Sequence record: NC_070956.1
Strand: one strand, 5' to 3'
Length of the DNA: 64,000 nt
The notes beneath the pieces were generated by a model, which saw only the letters and a program-made list of their open reading frames with translations, was not told where the DNA came from and did no database searches. Shown piece after piece: positions 47,057 to 55,373 of the stretch. Both the position numbers and the translations under genes were made by a program. Positions within the stretch are counted from its first letter, which is position 1. Each line of letters starts with the position of its first letter.

Positions 47057-47389
47057 ATGACCCCCGAAATTATCCATGAAGACAGTGTTGTTACCGCATT
47101 CAAAGTGAATGACCATCTCTACGGCGTGCACCCCAAGAACCTTGAAGTGGGGACTTATCAAGGTGTGGTCAAGTTCCAAAAAGGAGATCCGGCGATAGAA
47201 GAGAATGGTTTGACCTTGGAAGCACTACTCGCGATCTGTATCAGTCGGCTGGATAGTTGCAATCAAGGTAACTTCAAATGTCTCCATAACGATCTCGCAA
47301 TCGAACATATGAAAGCTGCCAAGGTAGCTCTCGAAGAAAGACAGTCCGATCGCAAGAACCGTTTTGTACTTGCTACCGATAAGGTGTGA
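47057..47389 (+). CDS. tad1: Tad1-like nucleotide-signal sponge (anti-Thoeris/anti-CBASS family)
   Basis: KFQKG...GLTLEALLAICISRL...QGNFKCLHNDLAIEHM...RQSDRKNRFVLAT matches the remembered Tad1 pattern QFQ.G...G....LL.IV.DRL..FQ.G.F.C.EN..A..H......R..DR..R.VLGT. Confidence 0.75.
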   Translation: MTPEIIHEDSVVTAFKVNDHLYGVHPKNLEVGTYQGVVKFQKGDPAIEENGLTLEALLAICISRLDSCNQGNFKCLHNDLAIEHMKAAKVALEERQSDRKNRFVLATDKV

Positions 47390-47390
47390 T

Positions 47391-47876
47391 ATGAAATTTG
47401 GTTATTCAAAGTTAATGTTGGATCTTGGATCAGCGTCCAGAATCCGCAAAGCGGCCATGAAGGTCATCGAAGGAACCGAGAAAGAAAAGGACCAAGCAGT
47501 CCTCGACGTAATCAACATCCCTGCAACTGAACTCCACGCTACACTGATGTATGACAAACGTAATCCGGACATCATTCCGGATACCAACCGTGCATCATAT
47601 AAGGCAAAGGTAACCGGTGTTGAACGTCTGGGTACGCCAGGTGGTAACTACTACGCTCTGGTACTGCTTTGCGAGTCAGAAGGGATTACAAAACGGCACG
47701 AAGAACTTCTCGAGCAAGGTTTCAAGCATAGCTGGCCCGACCTGAAGATTCACGTTTCACTCAACTATGGTGACCAGGTTACCGTTGCGTACCCCATTAT
47801 CAAGGAAGCCTTCGAGAAGGGTTATCTCCCTACCGAAGTGACCTTGGGTGCCGAGTGCTGGAACGAGTGTCGTTAA
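47391..47876 (+). CDS. acb1: Acb1-like 2H phosphodiesterase (T4 gp57B family)
   Basis: Two 2H motifs, LHATLMY and IHVSLNY, with the T4 57B-like linker LVLLCESEGITKRHE..LEQGFKHSWPD; start revised to the ATG at 47391. Confidence 0.82.
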   Translation: MKFGYSKLMLDLGSASRIRKAAMKVIEGTEKEKDQAVLDVINIPATELHATLMYDKRNPDIIPDTNRASYKAKVTGVERLGTPGGNYYALVLLCESEGITKRHEELLEQGFKHSWPDLKIHVSLNYGDQVTVAYPIIKEAFEKGYLPTEVTLGAECWNECR

Positions 47877-47894
47877 GATGGATAAAGTTTCAGG

Positions 47895-47915
47895 CATATA
47901 TTACCTAAGTGATAA
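47895..47915 (+). promoter_or_regulatory. early promoter containing an exact TATATTAC
   Basis: CATATATTACCTAAGTGATAA; TATATTAC is the published phiKZ early-promoter consensus. Confidence 0.6.
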
Positions 47916-47948
47916 CATAACCATGTTTAACAATTCGAGGTAACTACC

Positions 47949-48098
47949 ATGTTTGAAGCAATGTCCAACTCCCAAGCTTTCGGTTTCGCTTTCTTCGGTG
48001 CTATCGGCGTAATCGCTGTTATCGCCATCGGTACCAATGAATACTTCAAAGCCAAGAAAGCTCTGAAGCGTCCAATGGCTACTCGTAACAAGCGTTGA
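47949..48098 (+). CDS. 49-aa single-pass membrane peptide MFEAMSNSQAFGFAFFGAIGVIAVIAIGTNEYFKAKKALKRPMATRNKR
   Basis: SD GAGGT; strongly optimised codons; own promoter and terminator (CCCTCTCCC/GGGAGAGGG, ~48104-48125); missed by the ORF track. Confidence 0.75.
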   Translation: MFEAMSNSQAFGFAFFGAIGVIAVIAIGTNEYFKAKKALKRPMATRNKR

Positions 48099-48165
48099 TA
48101 TCAACCCTCTCCCATTGGGAGAGGGTAGTTTCAATTACATTTATTTTTTTTTTGTCGAGGTTCAT

Positions 48166-48579
48166 ATGGCAAATGGTTGCTGTGCAACAATGTCCACTGT
48201 GGGTTATCTCTACGAACCGTTGGCTCAAATCGACAGGTTAATCGCTTGGTGGTTTGCTAATCGGATCGATCAGTCAGTGATACTCACTGATATTCAATCT
48301 TACCAATACGTTGTTGCAAGCCATCAGAACGATTTCCGTATTGATGAGTTCCTGCAAGATGTTCAACGTAATCTTCAATCCTACCTCATGGAATGCTTCG
48401 AGGGTGCTGAAGTTAAAGCAACCGCACCTAATTATGAGGAAGGTGGAAAGATGTTCCATCTCCACATCAGTGGGGTAGTAGAACGTAACGGAGTTCGCTA
48501 TGATGTAGCAAGTGCAGTTGCACTTAGCGGTAAAACCTTCGAACTTGTTGAAAACGGGAGAAAGAGAATTGCAAGATAA
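48166..48579 (+). CDS. conserved Chimalliviridae protein (start revised to MANGCC)
   Basis: SD GAGG; core-block position upstream of the SbcD-like gene. Confidence 0.65.
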   Translation: MANGCCATMSTVGYLYEPLAQIDRLIAWWFANRIDQSVILTDIQSYQYVVASHQNDFRIDEFLQDVQRNLQSYLMECFEGAEVKATAPNYEEGGKMFHLHISGVVERNGVRYDVASAVALSGKTFELVENGRKRIAR

Positions 48580-49369
48580 ATACGACGTAAAGGGAGAACT
48601 GGAAGGTATCCAGGATAAACTCTCCCATGGTAAACTGCTCGACATTGGTGAAGGGTCGTTTAAGATCGCTGAAATCAATGGTCGTGATTTCATTCAAACT
48701 CCGGATGGCGAGTTCCTGGAACACGTTGTGATGGAAGAGAAGTATTTCGTTGAAAACTGGCTGGCTCAGTTTGCTCTGGGTTGGGTTGGTGACAAGTGCT
48801 ACTTCGATTTCAATGCCTGGGGAAAGATGACTATCGGGCATACTCGCGGTGTCATCATCGTTGACGAGGATGGTCAATACGTTCTCGACATCCCCAAGTT
48901 CTCCCAAGCGATGCTTCCCGCTGAAGCTAAAGCTGTTCTGGATCAGTGCGCTACCAACGCCGGGGTGGCGAACCTCATTCCCGACGAATCCGAAAAGACT
49001 CGTTTGATCAACACGTTGGCTGAACAAGCCAAGATGATCTCCGAGATCGCTGAAGGTCAGGACCCTCTGGACATCACCAAGATCATTCCTACCGAGTACT
49101 TTGCTCGTCATGGCCTGAACAACCTGGTGATGTACGACACCATCCTGATTCGTGATCGCTACGGCGTGAAGAACGATGACGACGTGGCGCGGATCGAAAA
49201 GATCTTGACTCAATGGACCACTGAGCGTAAAGCCAGTAAAGAAGATAAAGCGTTCATCGTCGAGATCACCAAGGGTGATTTTATTTTCGACACCGAGGAG
49301 GATATGGTAGAACAAGTATCTTCCAATATTGTTGAAGATGACACCGATTTCGATCCACTCGCAAGTTAA
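48512..49369 (+). CDS. conserved hypothetical protein (true start probably TTG near 48569)
   Basis: Long ORF with an acidic C-terminus. Confidence 0.7.
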   Translation: MQLHLAVKPSNLLKTGERELQDKYDVKGELEGIQDKLSHGKLLDIGEGSFKIAEINGRDFIQTPDGEFLEHVVMEEKYFVENWLAQFALGWVGDKCYFDFNAWGKMTIGHTRGVIIVDEDGQYVLDIPKFSQAMLPAEAKAVLDQCATNAGVANLIPDESEKTRLINTLAEQAKMISEIAEGQDPLDITKIIPTEYFARHGLNNLVMYDTILIRDRYGVKNDDDVARIEKILTQWTTERKASKEDKAFIVEITKGDFIFDTEEDMVEQVSSNIVEDDTDFDPLAS

Positions 49370-49381
49370 CAATAATAGCGG

Positions 49382-50545
49382 GTGATCTCTAGGAGATTAA
49401 TAGTGAATCCGTCACCAATTTATAAGGCGCTGTGGTGTTCAGACCAACACACCTTACACCCGCACACCCACACCAGACATATCTTAGATAACTTGAGTGT
49501 CTTTTATTATAAAGACAGCAACTTAGATGAGATATCTCACATCGTCTGGGGTGGGGACTTCTTCCATGACCTGTGCGAGTCCAACGATCCCAACATGATC
49601 CTGGTCCAGCGATGGGTCAAAAACTTTTTGGCAATCTGTCATGAGAAACGTATTCATGTCCGTATTCTGGAGGGGACCTCTTCTCACGACTGGGGAATGC
49701 CGGAAACCCTAGACATATTGAAACCGAAAGACTCCCCGTATATAAAGTACGTCAAGGAGCTTTCCATCGAGTTCATTCCCGAACTTGGTATCAACGTTCT
49801 TTATGTCCCGGATAACTTCGGGAAGATAGCATCTGAGACTATCTACGACAGAACAATCGAGCTGATGGCTAACAAGGGTTTAACCCAAGTTGACTTTATC
49901 TACCTCCACGGTGGTTTCAAGTTCCAACTTCCGCCTATCGCCGATAAACACGGAACATTGTACGATGAGGACAAATGGAGTAAGTTGGCTAGTAAAGCAA
50001 TCTTCTCCGGCCACATCCACAAACCAGGTAGAAAACACAACATCTACTGTTCCGGTTCTTTCGATCGTATCGCATTTGGTGAAATGCACCCGAAAGGTGC
50101 GTACCGTTTCGAGTTCGGTAAAGATCACTTCAAAGCCGAGTTCTATGAAAACACCAGGGCTCAGATCTATGACAAAATCATGATCACTCCGGAGATGGAA
50201 TCACTCGAGCTTTCCATGAAACTCGAGAAATACATTGACGAAAATAATCCGCCAGCCAGGACTCATATCCGAGTGTGTGGTGGTGATTCCAGTGTAGTGA
50301 TTCCAGTGGTAGCCAGTTTCAGGGAAAAGTTTCCAAAGTACATTTTCGATTACGAGAATGCTAAGGAAGATAATGTCGAGATCGATGACACTCTGTACAC
50401 TCCCGAAGCGTATAAGGCTATCACCTTAACAGCAGACAACCTGGAAGATAACCTTCTTAACTTCATGGCACCAACACTCCATGAGAATGATTGGGTTGAC
50501 CAGGAACTGTTGAAAGAACTTCTACGAGAGGTGATCAATGAATAA
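49382..50545 (+). CDS. sbcD: SbcD/Mre11-like metallophosphoesterase nuclease (phiKZ gp65-like)
   Basis: Calcineurin-like motifs SDQH, GGDFF, EGTSSHD, YLHG, SGHIH, YCSGS. Confidence 0.88.
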   Translation: MISRRLIVNPSPIYKALWCSDQHTLHPHTHTRHILDNLSVFYYKDSNLDEISHIVWGGDFFHDLCESNDPNMILVQRWVKNFLAICHEKRIHVRILEGTSSHDWGMPETLDILKPKDSPYIKYVKELSIEFIPELGINVLYVPDNFGKIASETIYDRTIELMANKGLTQVDFIYLHGGFKFQLPPIADKHGTLYDEDKWSKLASKAIFSGHIHKPGRKHNIYCSGSFDRIAFGEMHPKGAYRFEFGKDHFKAEFYENTRAQIYDKIMITPEMESLELSMKLEKYIDENNPPARTHIRVCGGDSSVVIPVVASFREKFPKYIFDYENAKEDNVEIDDTLYTPEAYKAITLTADNLEDNLLNFMAPTLHENDWVDQELLKELLREVINE

Positions 50546-51344
50546 CAGAACGTTGGGAACACTTCCGATAAGTGTCGGAACTTCCATTGCAATAGAGGGG
50601 CTTGCAAACGCCCCTATGCATCGTTACCAGTCTTTCCTGATCAACATACGGACTATTGTTCGGAACGCTCGTGAAGCGTTTGATGAGCTACCTAACGAAG
50701 ATGATCTCTTCGAGGCGGCAAAGGAAGACATGATCCAAATAGCGACAGCTATAGCTGGGATGAAACTGAAAACCATTTTGGATATGAAGTTCTACTACCC
50801 GACCTATAATTCGTTACCACGACTTTTCCCAATGGCAAAACTCAAACCAACTGATCCTAGCAAGATGCTGCTCCCTCGTGAACAGAACTTGAAGATCAGG
50901 ACGATCCTGGACAATAAGGTATATCGTAAACTTCTCAGTGAGTTTAACAAGCTTATTGTACAGATAGATTCGTATCTCCCACAATTTGGTGGGGATGGTT
51001 TGATCATCACTCATCACCCTGTTGATCTGGTATTGACAGAAAGTTACCATCGTCTCCATCTGTTAGAAAGTCACACTGGTACCATCAAGAACTACACGAT
51101 GTTGACCACCAAGCTGACTGGCGGTGACACCATGCCTAACATGCCGTTGAACAAACTGACCATTCAGATCTTCGGCGATAAAGCAGTCAATTTTCTGTCA
51201 CAGAACCAAGGTGTTAAGAAAGAGATCAAGGAATTAGCCAACAGCGTTCCCTGGAGTTCTGCCTCAACCCATAGTTTCGTTGCAATGTCTATTCGGAAGT
51301 TGAAAGCCTCCCCCGAAAAAGACATCCTCATCAAAATGATTTAA
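50538..51344 (+). CDS. conserved Chimalliviridae protein (phiKZ gp66-like; possible PIN/5' nuclease-like fold)
   Basis: Synteny; FLINIRTIVRNA, IITHHPVDL and LLESHTG motifs. Confidence 0.6.
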   Translation: MNNRTLGTLPISVGTSIAIEGLANAPMHRYQSFLINIRTIVRNAREAFDELPNEDDLFEAAKEDMIQIATAIAGMKLKTILDMKFYYPTYNSLPRLFPMAKLKPTDPSKMLLPREQNLKIRTILDNKVYRKLLSEFNKLIVQIDSYLPQFGGDGLIITHHPVDLVLTESYHRLHLLESHTGTIKNYTMLTTKLTGGDTMPNMPLNKLTIQIFGDKAVNFLSQNQGVKKEIKELANSVPWSSASTHSFVAMSIRKLKASPEKDILIKMI

Positions 51345-51358
51345 TTAGGAGAAATAAC

Positions 51359-52117
51359 ATGTCCCAACAACAAGGTCAATTCCAGCGTCGTCCCGACACC
51401 ATGTTCAACGACTTCCGCTACCCGATGCCTCAGACCCGTGAGCCGGTAGACGGTGCCAAGTTCCCTGCCCGTTGGGTTTGGGATTTCGGTCTGGACGGCA
51501 AGGTCAAGTTCAAGGTCAACGACGGTATCTTCGGTCAACAGGACAAGAACAGCAAACTCAAAGAAGTTGAGCTGGGTGCGATGGACCGGAACTCCATCCT
51601 CAACCTGATCATGAACGCCATCGAAGACCCCAACTTCACCAAGGCTCAGTACCATGTGAAGAAGAAGGTATTCGGTCAAGGCGGTCGTATGAACGATCAA
51701 CCGTCTACCCTGGGTACTTTCACCATCATCCGTACCAGCGAAGGCAAGATCGCCGTTGGTTATACCAAGGGTACCTACAAGGTCATGTTCGAGTTCAACG
51801 GTCCCAACGACTCCATCGTTGTGTTGAGCAAAGACGGTCAAAGCTACGAAGACCACGGTCTGATGTCTCGCGTTTACGCCAAGGCGTTTGTCGAGTTCAG
51901 TCGCAAGTTCCTGGACCAGTTCGAGTGGGACAACTTCAAGCCCCGTGAGCGCAAAGAGAACAATGGCGGTGGTAACCGCGGTGGTGGCAACAACAACTGG
52001 GGCAACCGTAACGGTGGCAACGGTGGTGGCGGTAATAACAACTACAACGGTGGTGGTAACGGTGGTGGTGGCAACCGTCAAGCACCTGCCGACTTCGATG
52101 ATGACATCGACTTCTAA
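51359..52117 (+). CDS. chmC: ChmC-like phage-nucleus-associated nucleic-acid-binding protein (phiKZ gp67-like)
   Basis: Immediately upstream of the gp68-like gene; folded N-domain plus a Gly/Asn-rich disordered tail; ends ADFDDDIDF. Confidence 0.7.
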   Translation: MSQQQGQFQRRPDTMFNDFRYPMPQTREPVDGAKFPARWVWDFGLDGKVKFKVNDGIFGQQDKNSKLKEVELGAMDRNSILNLIMNAIEDPNFTKAQYHVKKKVFGQGGRMNDQPSTLGTFTIIRTSEGKIAVGYTKGTYKVMFEFNGPNDSIVVLSKDGQSYEDHGLMSRVYAKAFVEFSRKFLDQFEWDNFKPRERKENNGGGNRGGGNNNWGNRNGGNGGGGNNNYNGGGNGGGGNRQAPADFDDDIDF

Positions 52118-52185
52118 CACGTTTAATAAAGAGCGAGAACTTCGGTTCTCGCTCTAAACTTTTTGCTGCTCTATAAATTAATAGA

Positions 52186-52205
52186 CAGATATTATTAGCG
52201 TGTAA
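52186..52205 (+). promoter_or_regulatory. putative early promoter
   Basis: CAGATATTATTAGCGTGTAA. Confidence 0.55.
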
Positions 52206-52220
52206 TCCGTAGGAGGTATT

Positions 52221-53822
52221 ATGCTTTACTCAATCAAGATGAGTGGTAAAAGGAAGATAGAAGGAATCGTTGTTAGTCATAATGGCGAAGAAATCGAATT
52301 CCGTGGCACACAGAACGTTAACGGTGGTGACGCGAACCAGCCGTTATATGAATTCCTTAATGGCTTCTTCGAGAGTGTTCAGAACTACAAACTGGACCAA
52401 CTCTGGGGTTGCCTGAAAGCTGCAAAACGTATCCTGGAACCAGGGTATTTCGAAGGGGAAGAAGAAACTCGTGAACTCGAAGAGTTGCGAGCGAACACAG
52501 ACAACTACGAATTCCTGGTATCCAAGTTGTCCGGGATCTTCAAACAGATCTACTCCATCATTCCACCAGGTGATATCGCCTACGCCGCAAGTGTAGAGAA
52601 ACGCGATGAACCGCCACGCGACCTGATGCAGGTTGCTTCGACCGGACGGTATCCCGAAGAGACCACTATCACTCCCGACAAATATCGTGAGCTGGTACGA
52701 CTCTCCTTTGCCATCCAACTCAGCTTCCCGATCATGAACCAGTTCCTGGACAACATCGTGAAGAAGACTGGTAAGGAATATCAGTACGCACCAGCCGGCG
52801 ACATCATCACCAGTTTCCCAGCTGTGATCGATATGCCCGGTTGGCGAGTTCTGGAAACCTATATCAGGGCATCCTGTCAACGTCAAGAAAGCAAACGTAA
52901 CTCAATGGAAGTAGTTTCCAATGATCGTTATGTTACCAACATCATTTTCCGCGGTGTCTTTGGTAAGCTGGCGTTGTCTTTCATCCCGAGTCTGGACAGG
53001 GATAAGAACCTGTCTAAGCAACTCAACAGTCTGGTAGAAGGCGAAGTGCGCAAAGAACAATCCACGCGCTTCACTAGCTATACCGACAACAAACCTGGTT
53101 CCGATGATCAGTCCATCCCGGAAAGTTATCGGATTTGCCAGAACGTTAACGGAACCGAGGAGTTGGCCCAGGCCGAGTTCTTCAGTTTCGGGATGTTTGA
53201 TGAAGAGGAGAATCCGCGGTACACCAACTTCTTCTACTATCAGTGCCAGGCTCTGGGGATCAAGAACCAGGAACTCGCTGAACGGGTATTCAACTGTATC
53301 CCGACAGTGACCAATCTCCATCTGACCAAGATTCAGTTGAGATTGTTGCAACTGGTATATAAAGAAGACATCGGAATGTATCTGGTTCCGGCGTTGGATT
53401 ATCGCCAGTACACTGCGGCAATTGCCCTGGCGCAAGTTCGTTTGTACGAAATGGGTTATGAGTATCTTGCACAACTGTGCGGGATCATGCGTAATCCAGA
53501 ACTGCCGATCACCTACATGAACGACGAATTCAAGCTCAACACCAAGGAGCGAGATCAGTTGGTAGCGTTGTGTGATCTTTACGACGGTCAATCAGATGCG
53601 TCCACTGATAACCTCATGGTTATCGCTACCCAGGAAATGCTGGATGAACTGGGTAATTCTGGTTGGGAAAGTAACATCGAACCCGGGTTGTTTAGCAACC
53701 AAGAGTTCATTGACCACATGTCCGCTGGTGATACTTATGAAGTCTCACTGGTTCCGCAAATCAAGACTGAACTGTTGGAATTCATCGTACTGATGAACAC
53801 CGCAGAAACCACCGAACAATAA
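52221..53822 (+). CDS. non-virion RNAP promoter-specificity subunit (phiKZ gp68-like)
   Basis: 533 aa; synteny in the ChmC-gp68-PicA-gp70-gp71/73-gp74 block. Confidence 0.72.
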   Translation: MLYSIKMSGKRKIEGIVVSHNGEEIEFRGTQNVNGGDANQPLYEFLNGFFESVQNYKLDQLWGCLKAAKRILEPGYFEGEEETRELEELRANTDNYEFLVSKLSGIFKQIYSIIPPGDIAYAASVEKRDEPPRDLMQVASTGRYPEETTITPDKYRELVRLSFAIQLSFPIMNQFLDNIVKKTGKEYQYAPAGDIITSFPAVIDMPGWRVLETYIRASCQRQESKRNSMEVVSNDRYVTNIIFRGVFGKLALSFIPSLDRDKNLSKQLNSLVEGEVRKEQSTRFTSYTDNKPGSDDQSIPESYRICQNVNGTEELAQAEFFSFGMFDEEENPRYTNFFYYQCQALGIKNQELAERVFNCIPTVTNLHLTKIQLRLLQLVYKEDIGMYLVPALDYRQYTAAIALAQVRLYEMGYEYLAQLCGIMRNPELPITYMNDEFKLNTKERDQLVALCDLYDGQSDASTDNLMVIATQEMLDELGNSGWESNIEPGLFSNQEFIDHMSAGDTYEVSLVPQIKTELLEFIVLMNTAETTEQ

Positions 53823-53845
53823 ACAAGTAAATAGAGGAAATAACA

Positions 53846-55369
53846 ATGCTGCAACTGATCGAAGTTAAATGTGGTCTGACCAACTTCTACCCGGACCAGG
53901 TAATCCGTAACAACGAGATGAATCTCAATAATGAGATCATCAACGACATGGTTCGTGAAAACCTGTCTGGTGGTGTCACCCCGTCCACTCTGCTTCATGG
54001 TGCTGCACTTTGTGGTGGGCTCAGTGCGCAAGCGACTGACTGGGGTCAGATCTATGGTGGCTGGAATGACTCCAAGGGCTTGATGCTCATGAAGTTCGTC
54101 CAGGAAGGTAACAACCCGGTGATGGTAGAATATGTCCACGTGATGGGTTATATTCACAGCAACAACAGTCAAGGTCTGGATCGTAACGCGATCTTCGTAC
54201 CTCAGTACAGTTGGCGCACCACCGAGCGTGTGACCGCTGGTGCCACTTTCGACATGGCAACCAACATCAAGCGCACCCTCTCTCACCGTACCGACTACCT
54301 GATCAACGACACCTATCGCCAAGAAGAAATCGTGACCCTCCGTCCTACCGACGTCCTGGACGGTGCTTCCAACCTGATGTGTCGTGAAGACACCATGCGT
54401 CTGATGGAACAAGAAGGACTCGAATCCTTCGACCCGCAGACCATCGTGGCCGGTTCCTCCGTGAAACGGGTTGGTGTGGTACCTTCTACTCGTTCCAACC
54501 TGAACCCGTCGGCTTACGCCACTGAATGTCTTGGTGGTGCACTGACCATCCAGAACAACACCCGGAACTACCAACCTGGTTGGAATGGTACCGAGATGTC
54601 CGGTAACTGGAACACCGTGGCGGAAATTGGTGCAGAGATGCGTGGTCGTGAACCGCTGCTGACTCAGGATGAGTTCTTCCGTGATGTACGGACTCACTCC
54701 GGTGCTGTGGTGGATAACGGGTTCGGCGGTTTCAGCATTGGTGATCTGGAAGTTACCTACCCCAACTTCGAAGACGTGTTGGACTTGACACTGTACGATG
54801 CAGAAATGTATCAGCAGTTCAACTACACCGAAACTTCCGAAGCGATGGGTACCAGTCAGCTCGGCGAGTTCGTCTCCCAGGAAATCATGATGAACATCAT
54901 GGACCTGATGGCGAAGAACGACCTGGCAGCTATCAAGCTCCGTGGTTCCAACTGTGACTACCAAAACGGTGACGGTCATCTGTCCAATGTGAACATCATT
55001 CCTTACGACGGTGTTTCCCTGAAAGACGACGACTTCAACCTGGGTTACAACATGAAGCAACTGGTGGCCAGCTTGACCACACAGATCTTCGTGAAACTCA
55101 ACGGTGTCAATCCCAGTAACCTGGTTCCGCTCCGCTTCTCCATCGAAGCAGAACTGATGGGTACTTGTAACGTAAGTGTCCAGATCGTGGATATGAACAA
55201 CGCATCCCAACACTTCGATATGGCCGAAAGCGGTAACATCGTTGGCATGGTGAACCGTTCCTTCCCGACCTTCGCAATCAACAACTACAGCTCCATCATC
55301 GGGACATCCGATACAGCTCTCCAAGGAAGCCAAAACTTCCTGAACAACGTCTCCAGCTATTTCAATTAA
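53846..55369 (+). CDS. picA: PicA/Imp1 phage-nucleus protein import factor (phiKZ gp69-like)
   Basis: 507 aa, directly after the gp68-like gene; assignment by synteny. Confidence 0.65.
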   Translation: MLQLIEVKCGLTNFYPDQVIRNNEMNLNNEIINDMVRENLSGGVTPSTLLHGAALCGGLSAQATDWGQIYGGWNDSKGLMLMKFVQEGNNPVMVEYVHVMGYIHSNNSQGLDRNAIFVPQYSWRTTERVTAGATFDMATNIKRTLSHRTDYLINDTYRQEEIVTLRPTDVLDGASNLMCREDTMRLMEQEGLESFDPQTIVAGSSVKRVGVVPSTRSNLNPSAYATECLGGALTIQNNTRNYQPGWNGTEMSGNWNTVAEIGAEMRGREPLLTQDEFFRDVRTHSGAVVDNGFGGFSIGDLEVTYPNFEDVLDLTLYDAEMYQQFNYTETSEAMGTSQLGEFVSQEIMMNIMDLMAKNDLAAIKLRGSNCDYQNGDGHLSNVNIIPYDGVSLKDDDFNLGYNMKQLVASLTTQIFVKLNGVNPSNLVPLRFSIEAELMGTCNVSVQIVDMNNASQHFDMAESGNIVGMVNRSFPTFAINNYSSIIGTSDTALQGSQNFLNNVSSYFN

Positions 55370-55373
55370 GGAA

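Noticed and set aside
47057-47389. Acb2/T4 Vs.4 identity for the 110-aa protein
   Set aside because: Lacks the Acb2 IKGY N-terminus and ..A.FQP C-terminus; the FQ.G...F.C..N...DR..R.VL pattern fits Tad1 instead
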